15,035 bases of DNA from a candidate division WOR-3 bacterium. Lineage in GTDB: Bacteria; Hydrothermota; Hydrothermia; Hydrothermales; Hydrothermaceae. This document shows positions 14,909 to 15,035 of the stretch, one piece after another. Position numbers and translations under genes: made by a program. The first letter of the stretch is position 1, and each line of letters opens with the position of its first letter. Under the pieces are notes generated by a model. It worked only from the letters and a program-made list of their open reading frames with translations. It did not search any database and was not told the origin of the DNA. The stretch lies in assembly GCA_039803745.1 (NCBI GenBank), contig JBDRZD010000044.1, positions 1 through 15,035 on the forward strand, read 5' to 3'.

Positions 14909-15035
14909 ATGAAATTTTATTTTGAAAATGGAATATTTAAAATTCCTTTTGAAAATATAGAAATATTCATAACCACAAAATTATGGAATAATGATTATCC
15001 CTTTAGTTATAAAATTTATTCATTAAAACAGGTTC
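14909..15035 (+). CDS. 5' part of a gene running off the window; probable YfiH/PgeF (polyphenol-oxidase/laccase-domain) family protein
   Basis: ATG directly follows the recG TAA. Open frame MKFYFENGIFKIPFENIEIFITTKLWNNDYPFSYKIYSLKQV plus one further C. ITTK and LKQV(H?) resemble the fTtr and l.QvH motifs of YfiH/PgeF. The His codon is cut by the window edge. Not in the supplied ORF track. Confidence 0.55.
   Translation, partial: MKFYFENGIFKIPFENIEIFITTKLWNNDYPFSYKIYSLKQV

Overview
AT-rich, very gene-dense bacterial chromosomal window (GC roughly 30% by eye) with Lys/Glu/Ile-rich proteins suggestive of a thermophile. It holds ten complete genes and one 3'-truncated gene. (1) An alpha-glucan/glycogen locus: GH57 amylopullulanase-like enzyme plus GalT-like nucleotidyltransferase on the minus strand, divergent from glgA-glgC on the plus strand. 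(2) apbC/mrp-cysS-pteridine-reductase-like SDR on the minus strand. (3) An AGCS amino-acid symporter. (4) leuS-recG-probable pgeF/yfiH. I found no RNA genes, mobile elements, CRISPR arrays or intrinsic terminators. The most notable signals are regulatory. All five predicted operon-leading genes have a TATAAT/TAAAAT box only 6-9 nt before the start codon and no Shine-Dalgarno, implying leaderless mRNAs. All five can be paired with a -35-like hexamer at an 18-nt spacer. An identical 16-bp element (AAAATTTAATTATAAT) occurs in all three promoter-sized intergenic gaps. At protein level, the GalT homolog in the glycogen locus has an HSHSQ active site and may be an ADP-glucose phosphorylase, and LeuRS has MMSKR in place of KMSKS.
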